A stretch of DNA of 63,842 bases, counting the filler, from Octopus bimaculoides (lineage: Eukaryota), in the NCBI RefSeq assembly GCF_001194135.2. It is 4 parts of 4 records of this genome, joined end to end, with 100 filler letters (N's around TTAATTAATTAA, not from the genome) between each part and the next. Parts side by side here need not be neighbours in the genome. Positions count along the whole stretch, not along the records: positions 28,595 to 60,448 come from NC_068999.1; 3 more parts are not named here. The stretch is one strand, 5' to 3'. The notes below the pieces were generated by a model. It was not told where the DNA came from. It saw nothing but the letters and a program-made list of their open reading frames with translations, and did no database searches. Of the stretch, positions 39,382 through 51,950 are shown in pieces; within the stretch, counting starts at the first letter, position 1, and each line of letters begins with the position of its first letter. Made by a program: the position numbers and the translations under genes.

Positions 39382-40656
39382 TTAGGTTATCCGGAAAGTT
39401 CTGAGCATTTCTTAATATGCAAAAAGGAATATAAATAATTAACCTTTCAATAAATTTTATTCAATGAAATAATTTTCATTATTATTAATGACCCTTGCAT
39501 ATCTTTCAGGTAATTTAAATATTCCATCAGCATAAAATTTTACTGGTTTTGAAGAAAAAAAAGTTATCTAGATGCATTTTGACTCCATCTCAATCATGAA
39601 ATGAGTTCTGTAGAGACAAAAACATGTGGTAGTTGAATGGCGCAACATCAGGAGTATATGGTCGATGGGGCAAGAGGTCCCAGCCAAGTTCATGCAACTT
39701 TGTTCGGGTAGCCAAAGACATGTGGTTGGGCATTGTCTTGTTGGAACACTACCCCTTTCCTGTTGGCAATCTCCAGCCTCAATTCTCTGGGGGGTTTTTT
39801 GGTTCAAATTAGCCAGCTGATGACAGTACACATCAGAATTAATGATCTGGTTCTGTGAGAGAAGCTCATAATAAATAATACCTTTGTAATCCCACCAAAC
39901 ACAAAGCATAGTTTTTTGGCATGGATATTAATCTTTGGTTGCTGTTTTGGGGGATCCTTATGCAAACTCCAGGATCTTTTTAGCACTATGCTTTCATACA
40001 CAATCCATTTTTCATCTCCCATCACAAGTTGTTTCAAAAAAGGTATGCTTTCATTCTGTTTCAACAGTATATCAGAAATGGAACACCAGTCCGAGCAACT
40101 CTTTTCTGAGAGTTTGTAAGAGATACATTATAGCATGAAATGTATCCTAGCTTCATTAAGTGTTCATGAGCTGTACTTTTAGAAAAATCCAACTCCTCTG
40201 CAAGTTCTCCAGTCGTGATATTTGAGTTTTTTTGTTTTTTTTTGCCTTCAAAACATCATCCAATTTTGAAGATCTTCCACTGCAACTCTCATCTTCCAAG
40301 CTAAACTCTCCAGCTTTAAATTTTGCAAACCACTTTTGAACAGTTGATTCACTTACAGCATTATCACCATGAACTTCACAAATGTTTTGGCAAGTCTTTG
40401 CAGCATTTTCTCCTTTTTTACAAAAGAAAAGCATTACTAGGTGAATATGAAATTTTTGGTTATCCGTTTCAATTGTCAATAAAGAGTAACCAGAATGAAA
40501 GAAAAATCTATTTAGTCAGGAGCAAAGAAGAGATGCACTACCATTTCAAGCAATGCCAAGTTTTAACTCTGTTATATTACAGGTGTGTTCAAAGTTTTGT
40601 TAAGAAGCATTAAAAGATTTAACTTAAAAATGTTCAGAACTTTCCAGACAACAAAA
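39382..40656 (-). mobile_element. Near full-length decayed mariner, family B (1275 bp), inserted in the RTE LINE
   Basis: Inverted ends ttaggttatccggaaagttctgagc and gttcagaactttccagacaacaaaa, with TA on both flanks. Transposase fragments TVQKWFAKFKAGEFSLED, LVMGDEKWIVY and MLCVWWDYKGIIYYELL. Confidence 0.92.
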
Positions 40657-41455
40657 TAGTGGAAGGGGAGGATGTACAGAGAGTGTAATAACTAGAATAA
40701 GAATAGGGCGAAGAAAATTCAGAGAGCTTTTACCTCTGTTGCCAACCAAAGGTTTCTCTCTCTGAGTGAAAGGAAGGTTGTATGATGCATGAATATGAAC
40801 AGCAATTCTACATGGACCCTGGATGCCGAGGACATGCAAAGGGTAGTATACTCCACTGGATGGGTAATGTATGTGTACATGTGTGACAGAGTGTGAATGT
40901 ATTGAGAGAGAAGTTAGGCATAAGAAGAATTAGATGTAGTGTGCAAGAGAGAAGCCTGCACTGGTTTGGTCATGTGATGCTGATGGATGCTGACAGCTCC
41001 ATAAACAAGAGCCATTCACTCAAAATGGACAGAACTCGTGGAAGAGGGAGATCCAGGAAGGCATGGCACAAAGTACTGAAGGATGACCTCAGAATGCTGA
41101 ACCTTTCAGACAAGATGACAAAGGACTGAGATACCTGACACCTTGCTGTACTCAAGAAGACCTGTTCTCCACAGCAGAAGTGTTAAGGCTGCATCCACTG
41201 GTGAAGAGGATTGGCTTGCAAAAGCTCTGTATTAGTGCCATGTAAAAAGCACTTGTGCCAGTGCCACGTAAATGCACTCATGCTAGTGGCATGTTAAGAG
41301 CTCCTGCCACATACTGTAAACTGTTTGATGTTAGGAAGGGCATCCAGCCGTAGAAACCAAGCCAAATCAGACTGGAACCAAGTGCAGCTTGCCAGCTCTG
41401 ATCAAACTGTCCAACCCATACCAGCATTGAAAAAAGACATTAAAAGATAATGATG
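40657..41455 (+). mobile_element. RTE-clade LINE, right part and 3' tail
   Basis: Resumes at (S)..GGCTESVITRIRIG.RKFRELLPL, then SLHWFGHVMLM...RGRGRSRKAWHKVLKDDL and a tail ending in gat/aat repeats. Confidence 0.85.
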
Positions 41456-41728
41456 AAATCTTTAAAAAATTATGTCTATTTACTTTTGAGACATCTGTGT
41501 GTGTGTGTTCATTCATTTGGTGAATGTTTTTCATGCTTGCATGGGGTTTAGATGGGAAGTTATTTGAAATGGCATTTTACAGCCAATACTCTTTCTGTTG
41601 CTAACAAGGATTTTTATTTCCAGAGGTTTCAAAATAGATGGTGTCATAATGTCAACATGAAATGCCAACATCATCACCACTTTACTTAATTGAAATATCA
41701 ATATTCATGCATATTTGAACATGTACAC

Positions 41729-41767
<39 letters not shown>

Positions 41768-41987
41768 CAAAACGTGCTTTCTGCAGTTTCCATCTACCAA
41801 ATTTTCTCACAACTCATTCATCTTGTGTCATGCAGTACAACCAAATTGGAAATTACGTGCTTAAGAAGCACTTCTTCACCACACAGTTGTGCTTGCACCT
41901 ACACACACACACACATACACATGTATATATATATGCATACACATACAGTCCAGTATATGATAAATGTACTTTAATTTATTTTTCTAG

Positions 41988-42213
41988 TGGTACTAATGAT
42001 GGCACAATATATCATCATGATATCCGACTTTCTGATCACGTGATCAGTACCATCTCTGCTCATACAAGTATTGTTTGTGGCTTGAAATGGTCAGGTAATG
42101 GTCGCTACTTGGCCAGTGGAGGCAATGATAACATTGTGAATATTTGGGATTTTAATCGTAGTGTCTCCATCCAGCCATTATTAATGTTAACACATCATAG
42201 AGCTGCTGTCAAG
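41988..42213 (+). CDS. CDC20: Cdc20-like coding exon 4 of 7 visible
   Basis: ttttctag acceptor, gtaaga donor, 226 nt. Encodes (C)GTNDGTIYHHDIRLSDHVISTISAHTSIVCGLKWSGNGRYLASGGNDNIVNIWD...HHRAAVK. Confidence 0.95.
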
Positions 42214-43129
42214 GTAAGATATATTTAATTACTGTCCCTTGAGTAGTTTTTAGATAGAACTCGGAGGAAACATATATCGACAGTATTTTTGTATAATTAC
42301 AGTGCAAAAAATAATTAGATAATCAATCACACTAAACTCCTCAAGGAGAACATGTCTTTCAGAAAGGATGACAAGGGATTGAGACTGGCAGTTTGCTATG
42401 CTTGAGAAGACACATCAAGCTAAGTAAAATCATGATTGTCCTTGCATACAGGCATGTCTCCTACATCCCTCTTCAGCTGAGCAGTCTTAATCTTGTGGGC
42501 TCATGGTCGCTGGTGCCACATAAAAGTACTCATGCCAGTGCTGCATAAAAGCACCCAATACACTATGTAAAGTGGTTGGCATTAGGAAGAGTATCCAGCC
42601 CTAGAAACCATGCCAAAACAGACGTGGAGCACAAGCAGCTCTTCAGCTGGCCAACTCCTGTCAAACCATCTAATCCATGCCAGCATGGAAAGTGGATGTT
42701 AGATGATGATGATGATGATAATGACAGAAAAGTATTTGAGTAATCTAAATCCAATGAGAAAGAATAGCTTATTAGTAAGTAATATGATGAGATAGTTGTT
42801 GATGATTGTATAAAATTTAAACTACTTTGAGAATGATGTGCAAGAATGATGTACATCTTCATATAAAATATACACGTCCTACCATTTGACTAACCAAAGC
42901 TTTTTATATTAAACTACAGTTTTAACTGAAGAGAATAGAAAACAACTATTTTTGGTTTACAGAAAATGCATTTAAAAATAGATGTGTACAGCACAACTAC
43001 TCATTCTACTACAAGAGTTCACCTGTTTTCATTAGTCATATACATTGAAAGATAGTTGTACCATCAATGGATGTAGTATGCTTTGGACAATCTTAATACT
43101 TCAACACATTAACTTTTAAGCCATTGTCT

Positions 43130-44225
43130 GTTTTGATTGTTATCTTTTACTTGTTTCAGTCATTAGACTGCTGCCATACTGGGGCACTGCTTTGAAGTGC
43201 TTAGTCCAGGGGTTGCCAAACTTTTTCAACCATCGACCCCCTTTAGCCACTTCTCCTTCCGAATCAACTCCCTTTTGTCACTTCTTCTACATCGACCCCC
43301 TTTAGCCACTTCTCCTTTTGCATTGACCACCCTCCTCATTTAAAATACGTTAATACCTTACCCTACTGTACCATATTTTAAATGCATACCAGGTACTGAT
43401 GCTGGCAATTAAAATGTTAGCTAAAATATACATGTATGACAAATTAAGAAACTGTATTGAAGATGACTCACTTTTTACATTTAAAACTGTGTATGAGTAT
43501 ACACTATTAAATTTTCAATTTTTATGAAATTGACAACATGAATATAAGATATGAGCATGGTGATTCTGAATCAAGGCATTGATATCAGATTGAATGTTGG
43601 TCAGTTTCAGTTTCAAATCACTTTGTTCCTCCAGGTTCAGGCAATTTCTATAAGTAAACACTTGACAGTCTGCATCCCCTCAATCACACCTCTCAATCTT
43701 TGATTATGATACAGATTACAACATCAAGCCTTGAATGTTAGCAACAGCAGACCTCACAGCAGTGAAAATTTATCATGTTTTCCCATGTTTCATGGCGCTG
43801 ACTAAGTATTTCAAGCAGTTCATCTGGGTGAGCTGGTCTTTCGCACACTGACCCCCATTCGACTCTTTGGCTATTATCAACCCCCTGTAATTGTTCACCA
43901 ACCCCCTAGGGGATCTTTCAGACCCCCTTTGTCAACCCCTGATTTAGTCGAGCAGTAGTTATTTTTTTAAGCCTGGTACTACTTACTCTGTTGGTCTTTT
44001 TCCTAAATTGCTAAGTTATGGGAATGTAAACAAACCAAACCCAGTTGTCAAACAGTAGTAAGAGGCAAACACAAAGTCACACACAATGGGCTTCTTTCAG
44101 TTTCTGTCTAAGAAACCCACTCACAAAGCCTGGGATTATAATAGAAGACTTGTCCAAGGTGTCACACAGTGAAACTGAACCCAGAACCATATGTTTGGGA
44201 AGCAAACTTCTTACCACACAGCCAG
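43130..44225 (-). mobile_element. tRNA-derived SINE interrupted by a hAT MITE
   Basis: The tRNA-like head reads in reverse at 44150-44225 and is homologous to the + copy at 60630-60730. The body cttttacttgtttcagtc...ttagtc also occurs at 57270-57335. Confidence 0.6.
43207..43941. mobile_element. Non-autonomous hAT (Charlie-like) element, 735 bp
   Basis: 14-bp inverted ends caggggttgccaaa and tttgtcaacccctg; 8-bp flanks gcttagtc and atttagtc (6/8); subterminal atcgaccccct repeats. Confidence 0.8.
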
Positions 44226-47200
44226 GCCTACATGGTGATGCTGAAAAGGCACCTGCTCTTTTTAAAAAAATAAGGCTGAAGAACTTAAACCAGATTCAGA
44301 TCATGGCATACATTTATACACTTTCTCTTGATTAAAAACTGTTTACATCCATTCATGAAATATTTTGTCAGTTTGTGTTGAAAATTCATACTGAATAAAC
44401 TGGGCTTGAACTATTTTAGAAAGTTTTGCCATAAATCTTATTGATTTATGAAAGAGGCTAAGTTTTCAACACTATGGAATCCATCCTTAATAGTATTCCT
44501 AACTTGATTCTTAGAGAATTAACCAATTTTTACTCATTTTTTTTTTTTTTTTTTCATAATGAGAAGTGATCCCTGAAATATTCCAGTAACATTCAGTTTA
44601 TAACAATTTGATCTGGAATCAATATTAATATGCTAATACCTACGTACATAAGTACCTGTGGTGTGTGTCACACTTAGTTGAAAGGAAGAGGTAAAAAGAG
44701 AGAGATAAAACTTAAGCAGAGGAAGTATAGTTGAAGTGAAAGGCAAAGAGGAGGGAGCAAGAGAGAGAGGTGGGGATTGATAGTGTTAAGAGGTAAGAGA
44801 AATATAACTTGTCAAATGTAGGACAGTTAGAGGAGAGGGGTGGGAGGGGGATGAGAGATAGAGATTTAGAGAGGTAGATTGAGTGAAGGAAGGGAGTGGA
44901 TAGAGAATAATAGTGAAGGAGAATGAAACCATTCTCACAGAGAAAATGCTAGAAAACTTTTCGTTTTGGACAATAGATAATAAAGCTGTTGAAAATATGG
45001 AAATTGCAAACAGAAATGTTGCCTATCTATATATCTGTCTGGCTGCCTCTCTCTAACACACACTCTCTCTCCCTCTATCTCTCTCTCAGCAAATAACTGT
45101 GAATGTTACTGTTACTTTCCTACAGTTGAAAGGCGAGGTAGAAATAAAAAGTGTTAAAAAGAGGAGGTATATTTGAAGTGAGTGGCAGAGTGAGAGAGAA
45201 AGAGAGAGTGAGTGGTGACTGAAAGGAAGGTGGCGTTTATTTTGTGTTTTTAAATGTTTATCAGTATTTTAGGAGTAGACAGAAACATAACCACAGCAAA
45301 TATTGGATGTTTCTTTTACTTTCCTACAATTTAATTAATTACCATTTTCTATATACTGGGTCTTCAGCCAATATTGGATATTTCTTTTAAAGATGCTTAC
45401 ATTTTTTGTATTTCATAGAATTTCCCAGGGTCTTGTTTATACATAATTATTTGATAGTTTATTAAATGAAAGACACTATTTACAGATGCTTACAATTTTC
45501 GTTTTTCATGAAGTTTTCACGGGTCCAGCTAGTAAAGGATTAATTCAATTAAAGAAACACTCTCTTTGACTTATTGATGAAAAATGTGAGATTTTGACGA
45601 ATTTAAACCAACATCACTTCCGGTTATAATTTTGCAAATTAAACAGTGTTTTTTAACAATGGACAATTCTCAAGACATCTCTTTATTTTTGAAGCACCCA
45701 AAAACAATTTATGGTTAAGAAAGAATACAATAATGTTCAGATACTTTCCTGCATCATTCAAAAATTTCATTATTTTCTGTAGAATAAATATATATTTTGT
45801 GCTTGTGCAACATGAAAAGCACTCAGTCCACTCTACTGGGGGATTGGTATTAGGAAGGGCATCCAGCTGTAAAAACCCTGCCAAAACAGACACAGAAGAC
45901 TGGTGCAGTCTTCTATCTGGCCAGCTCCTGTCAAATCGTCCAACTCATGCCAGCATGGAAGGCAGACGTTAAACAATGATGGTGATGATATATATATTGT
46001 TGTCAACAATAATAGTGAACATGTATGGACTGCTGTTGATTTGTTTGGTATGAATGTTTTAAAACATAGTCTAAAATTGCTACACCACAACCTATAAAAT
46101 AAAACTCCTGGAAAGATAATTAGATTTTTATGCACTGTTATCATTAACTCATACCAAAATTTGTCAGCTGAAGGGAAAACATTTACCTATAATTAAAACA
46201 AATCCATTTGAACCAAGGCATTCTAGACTAGTCAGAAACATATGCAGATACATGGTTGATGCTTCCAGATATTTTGTCACTGTTAAGTATTATCTTCTAT
46301 GTTACACATTCAGAGGTTCAACAATAAAGAGAAACAGTTTTTTTTTTTATAGTTTATTCAGTCATTTACCATATGTATTTAACTTGATTTTCTTTTAGCC
46401 ATATTTTCAGTAAATGTAAATTTCATTGTATAATTCTCACTCAAATGAATTACATTAAAAACAGTGATAAATTTAGACTAAAGAGAAATTATTGTTTTGT
46501 CAGCATGTTTAATAGATATCACATTAAAATATTCTTCAGTCATCATTCTACCTGTAATTATCTTTAAGTAGTCTCCTGCTCTAAACTCCTTTGTATAACA
46601 GTTAGAAATAGCTGGTCCTTTTCATGAGATCAAGCAGCTGTTTCAGATATAAAGTTTACCATTCACTCTTTTCAATGCTACTTGATTTTAACATCATAAT
46701 AAAGTTCAGTAACAATACAACACTTACTATTAAAATACTGGGCAACAATATTTTAAAGCATTTAATTTTTAAAAGAATACAATTTATATTTCAAAGAAAA
46801 ACCAGCAGAACTATTACTATGATATATCTATGATAAAAATGACCATCTTTCCAAACAAATGTAGATGAAAATTTTAATAAAGATCTCAATGCAACTGTGT
46901 CATTGTCTTAAACCTACTTAGTTTTAGTAAATATCAGTGATACCAGTAATACTATTAGTGATTAACATTTCTGTTATTTGACATAGGGTGGCTTTCTCAT
47001 TAATCTTATTTGGAGCCTAAACAGACTAGCAAAGTCCAAAACAAACATGATATATTTTTGGCAGAGCATATGTGTGGTTCTGTTATTTGTTGCAGCAAAT
47101 AAAGGCTATTTTATTATTATAATTTTGATTATGATATTTATAATGTCTGTTTATAGAAAATAATCTCAATTTCTGTGTCCTAATTTTGAAACCATATTCT

Positions 47201-47548
47201 TGAGCTCTAAAAATTTGTGAACACAGTTACAAGTTCATCCTAATTTTGAATTGTATTCCAAGAGCATCTCAAAGAAAAATGGTAAGAAATGATAAGAAAT
47301 TGGTTAACAGTTCTAAAGCTATATGTGAAGATGGGCAGCCATCATAAAACAATGTTGTGTTAATGCAAGTTCAAATTCAAATAGAAAAAATGTACTTGTC
47401 AACCAAATCCCAGCCCTTGATAATCTACTCTAACACACTTAACTAGATTCATTGCTATTATTGAAGGCCAAGCTCATCTTAATACTCAATTGTATTTAGT
47501 AACATTTGGAATATCCATTTTACTTTCCTTTTTATTTATTTATTGTAG

Positions 47549-47674
47549 GCTTTGAGCTGGTGTCCTTGGCAAGATTCTATACTTGCCAGTGGTGGAGGAT
47601 CTAAAGACAAAACAATCCATATATGGAGTATACCATCAGGAAAATGTGTCAACTCTAAACTAACACATTCACAG
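47549..47674 (+). CDS. CDC20: Cdc20-like coding exon 5 of 7 visible
   Basis: tgtag acceptor, gttatt donor, 126 nt. Encodes ALSWCPWQDSILASGGGSKDKTIHIWSIPSGKCVNSKLTHSQ. WCPWQ is Cdc20-type; Cdh1/Fzr has WSPHQ. Confidence 0.94.
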
Positions 47675-47769
47675 GTTATTGCATTACTTTTACTTCTTTC
47701 TTTGTTTTCTGTAATTTTAGAAATTTCTGTAGCATTTAATGGAGATATTAATATTCGCTTGACCTGTGC

Positions 47770-48330
47770 ATTGTAATGATAACAGTACTGACAGCAGCAA
47801 CAACAGCATCGCCAGGCCCAGAGCCAACCGAAGATGCACCAGTAATGTGAACACAACCAACACGCAAACCTGGAAATATATCAGGTCAGCCAGGATAGTG
47901 TTCAAGCGATGCCTGTACAACCACAGGTCCTCCTTCAGGGCCCCAGAAAGACGATTCGTCACATACCTGGCTAGCCATGTGTGGTACCTCAAAGATGAAA
48001 GGACCCCATACAATATCAAGTGGAAGATCTTAGAATGGCCAGGACCCTACACCAACGGGAGTGTATGCTTAAAGCTTTGCATAGCTGAGCAAGCTAGGAT
48101 ACTCAAAGATCCCTGAAACCTGGACCACTGAATACTCACCAAGAACTCTTCACACCATGCATCCATTTCAAGTGCTACCTGCTGGGATTCCCAGTTTGCT
48201 GACTCAGGAAGATTCCTTACAATCCAATACCAGCCCAAGGGATAAATCCCTTGGTTCCCCCCCCCACTCTCCTGGCCCACATATAGCTGGTCTAGGGGAG
48301 ATAACCCGTCCTCAGTAACATTGGACTATT
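47770..48330 (+). mobile_element. Penelope-like GIY-YIG endonuclease fragment just downstream of Cdc20 exon 5
   Basis: WKYIRSARIVFKRCLYNHRSSF...LASHVWYLKDERTPYNIKWKILEWPGPY...CLKLCIAEQARIL. Confidence 0.75.
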
Positions 48331-48689
48331 TATTCTTTGTGAAGAATTAAATTTGTCTTCAGACTAGAGTCTAATGAGTCATCTGCAAATCTACAGCCTT
48401 TGTGGGTGCAAAACCATTGGTCACTCTATGACCAGACATTAACTTTATTACTTTATTAACTTTAATATTTTACTGCTCTATACTTTAGAGTGTGCTTCTT
48501 TTTGGGATATATGATACATTGATGATATATATACATATATAATAAACAAAAACATGGATAGTTTAAATATTACTACATGCATTTCTATACTATAGTTTAA
48601 TTCAAATTAAATTCTTTACATAATTAGATAATATTACATGAATTTGTATTGTTATCCACCATTAGTGATAACATGGGGTCAAAGTTTTA

Positions 48690-48983
48690 TAGAATAATAA
48701 ACCAAATTTTTTGTTTATAAGATAAGTTACCATAGGGATAATAGCGCAGTTTTTTTGAGACTTCATATTGAAAAAAGAGATTGCAATTTTGATGCTGGAT
48801 TAAAATAACCTTAAGGCTTTATTAGGTAAATCTGTTCGATTTTTCAAATTTTATTTGATCTGAGTTCAAACCAGTGAAAACCAGGTTGGTTTTTATCTTT
48901 TATATTGTTGTTTTTTATTTAATTTAGTACAAAAGGATTGATTATAATTAATTGTGGGTAACTAATTTATATAAATTTATAAT
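48690..48983 (+). pseudogene. rrnL: NUMT: 3' end of mitochondrial 16S rRNA
   Basis: Conserved 16S motifs aagttaccatagggataa(t)agcg, gatt-gcaattttgatgctggattaa (from gcgacctcgatgttggattaa), tctgttcgatt and tgatctgagttca...ccaggttggtttttatc. Confidence 0.9.
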
Positions 48984-49051
48984 ATAAAGTTGGCAGAAAG
49001 TATGTGAATAATTTAGGATTATCTTATAAAAATATAACTTTTATACCTTAT
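48984..49051 (+). pseudogene. trnL1: NUMT: mitochondrial tRNA-Leu(UAG)
   Basis: ataaagttggcaga start, anticodon arm ataat-ttagga-ttat with TAG, ccttat acceptor 3' strand. Lies directly after rrnL. Confidence 0.75.
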
Positions 49052-49121
49052 TTTAAGATAGCAGAATAGTGTGAAGGATTTAAGATCTTTTTATGGAAAT
49101 TTTTTATATTTTCTCTTAATA
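49052..49121 (+). pseudogene. trnL2: NUMT: mitochondrial tRNA-Leu(UAA)
   Basis: ttaagatagcagaa start, aagga-tttaaga-tcttt anticodon arm with TAA, ctcttaat end. Confidence 0.8.
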
Positions 49122-49330
49122 ATGTTTCTTGAGTTAATTTTGTATGTGGTAATGTGTATTTGTGAATTATTCGTGGTTGCTTTTTCTTTACATTGTTTGA
49201 ACAGAAAGAATTAGGATATTTTCAATTGCAAAAAGGTCCTAATAAGGTTGATTTGATAGGGTTTCCTGTGTCTTTGTCAAATGTAATTAAGTTGTTCAAG
49301 AAAGAATATATTAAACCTACTTTAGTCTTA
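49122..49330 (+). pseudogene. nad1: NUMT: 5' part of nad1, frameshifted
   Basis: ATG at 49122. After a frameshift, [40 protein letters not shown] matches the ND1 pattern FTL.ERK.LGY.Q.RKGPNKVG..G...P.AD.IKLF.KE. Confidence 0.9.
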
Positions 49331-49563
49331 AGGACATGATATCTTTAATGGTGATTGGACGAGTACCCAGCTGCAGAAGCCTAATAAAGAAGTAGAACGT
49401 AGGCACAAGATGTGTCTGGAAGAGCTGCAACTCCAAATAAGAACTGACTCAAATTGTGATGACCCAGCCAACACAGACCAGCTGGGAACAAAACTGATGT
49501 AAAAGAATGATGGTGGTGGGGAGGAGGAGAATTATTTCATTTGAAACTTTTTTTCTCTTTCAG

Positions 49564-49681
49564 ATCACTTCATTAATATGGTCAAACGAACACCATGAAA
49601 TTGTATCTGGACATGGATATTCAAATTATTCTCTCTCTTTCTGGAAATATCCTTCTTTCGAAAGTGTCGGAGAATTGAAAG
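49564..49681 (+). CDS. CDC20: Cdc20-like coding exon 6 of 7 visible
   Basis: ctttcag acceptor, gtaatt donor, 118 nt. Encodes ITSLIWSNEHHEIVSGHGYSNYSLSFWKYPSFESVGELK. Confidence 0.94.
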
Positions 49682-50129
49682 GTAATTAAAACTTAAAAGA
49701 TTTTCCAATTTCAAATCTAGATGAATATTAATGGCAGTATCTTGTTTTTACAATCTGTCCTCCATGCCAGTGTTGTTTACACAACCAATTGGTCTTCTAT
49801 ATATATATATATATATATATAAAAAAAAGATAATCTCTTGATACCATTTTAATATTTTTGCTATCACTTTTATATCAGACCATCTGCATAGAAAACTTTT
49901 AAGAGCTGGCACTCTCCAGTAGTCATGACTACTGTCCACTAGTCATGTCCAGTAGTCATGACTCAGTAGTACAGTAGTCATGTGTTGGTTCTTTGTCAAT
50001 CTTCTTAAAATGCTACTCTAATATTTTCAATATTTGCTGTATAACCTTTGCTGCATTATTGCTGAGTTGTTGAAATTCTTACTGTTGGTCATATTTATGT
50101 TCAGTCCATTAAGCTATCTTTTGCTAAAG

Positions 50130-51285
50130 TATGAAGGTCAGCTGAAAAGTTCATAGGCTGATCAATGAGGTCTATTTTACAACATAGTCCCCCTTGCAGT
50201 CCACGCACTTCTTCCAATGGTGTTGCAGTGCTTGGATCCTGTTGGTCCAAAAAGTCACCAACAGCAGATATGACACGATCATCACTGATATACTGGATTC
50301 CAGCCAACTGTTTTTTCATGTTGAGGAACAGATGATAGTCAGATGGGGCCAAAACAGGAGAATAGGGAGGCTGATCAGCCAGTTCAAAGCCACAGTCCTG
50401 CACAGCATCCATTGAAAACAAGTACTTGTATACTGGAGCATCGTCCTGATGAAACAAGACCCCTTTTGTCAGCTTTCCTAGGCATTTGGTCTTGATAGCC
50501 TTTTGTAACTACCTCAGCAAGTTGGCATAGTACTCCCCATTAATGGTGTGGCTCTTTTGAAAATAGTCAGTAAACACAATGCTTTTTGCATCCCCCCAAA
50601 AAAGAGGCAGATGAAACGACCTTGGCCTTGTTTGGAACAGGTGAGGAGGGGTGTTTCCACAGCATGAATTGTCCCTTTGTCTCTGGCTCAAAGTGATGAA
50701 GCCAATACTCATCCTAGGTTAGAAAATGTTTGAGGAAACCAGCTGGATCTGCCTCATTGTCAGATTTTCCCATGATGTGATCAGCTCTTGACCAGGTGTC
50801 AGAAGACTTGGCACTCACTGAGCAGAGGCCTTCATCATGCCAAGTTCATTGTGCACAGTGTTCTCAAATCTGTCACAGGATATGCTAATAGTATTGGCTT
50901 TTTGATTTATAGTCAATTGCCTGTCATCCATCAGCATGTGGTGAACATAATCAATGTTTTCCTTGATAGTGGCAGTTGCAGGATATCCATACATTGGGTC
51001 ATCTTCAAGATTCTTCCTTCCTCTCCTAAATTCATGTTAGGGACTAAACCCTTTTTTCTGCACGTATTTTAAATAACCACTAATGCCAAATTTTGTCATT
51101 TCCAAGAGAAGTCGCTACTAGTTACTTTTAAAGTGTTATTTGAATAGTCAGATGTAAGTTTACCTGAAAAGAAACAATGCAGTTATTAATAAGAGGAGTT
51201 GAAATTAGTGCATGCAAGATTTCATAGCTCTAGCATCACTCCTTCATAGTCAGTCTATGAACTTTTCAACCCTCACCTCCTTGTA
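50130..51285 (-). mobile_element. Decayed mariner, family A, both ends present
   Basis: Inverted ends ...gctgaaaagttcataggctga and tcagtctatgaacttttcaacc. FHQDDAP...PPYSPVLAPSDYHLF. Confidence 0.88.
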
Positions 51286-51574
51286 GTATGAGATAATCAT
51301 TCTGTATTCAGTATATTCCTTATCAATCCACTCTTTAATATATATGATTCCTCTTTAGTCTTCACTTGTTTTGTTATAACTATACTGTCAGTTTTGTTAC
51401 CACTCAGTTAAACCTTTGTTTCTTCCACACGACATGCAGAATTCAGTTGGTTCCCTTGGAACATCTAATAATTGCTTTTTAATGTTTTTATCCTTCCGTT
51501 CATAACCAGACAACTATCTATTAGTGTTTTATGAGAATGCACATACAGATAGATAAGCAGACAATCACATACAC

Positions 51575-51609
<35 letters not shown>

Positions 51610-51611
<2 letters not shown>

Positions 51612-51950
51612 CACCAACAAGCAGGTAGGTGGAAAGAAAGGAGCATGGGATTGTGCCAAACAACTTTGGTAAATAAAGCTGTAGTGTCTCAAATAAGAAA
51701 ACACTGCAGGAACCTTGTGATAGTATGGCTTGAATATAGAAAGGTATTTGATACCAGTTCACACTCAGGGCAACTGAGGTCACTGGCAAAAGTACTTCCT
51801 GCATTAGTTACTGCCATTGAATTACTCATTAAGCCATAGTAATTGAAGTAGAATGACTGCTTTTCACTATTCCAAGGTGACAGTCTATCTGCACTTATGT
51901 TTATTTTGGTCCTAAATTTGCTGTCATTTCTTCTGTGAAAATCCACTGGC
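51610..51950 (+). mobile_element. R4/Dong-like reverse transcriptase fragment
   Basis: LVNKAVVSQIRKHCRNLVIVWLEYRKVFDTSSHS and FQGDSLSALMF match the pattern NL...WIDY.KAFD.VPH and FQGDSLSP. Confidence 0.65.

Noticed and set aside
48690-49330. Functional mitochondrial genes or a contaminating mitochondrial contig
   Set aside because: It is frameshifted, carries nuclear-type CpG decay and is embedded without gaps in a nuclear intron.
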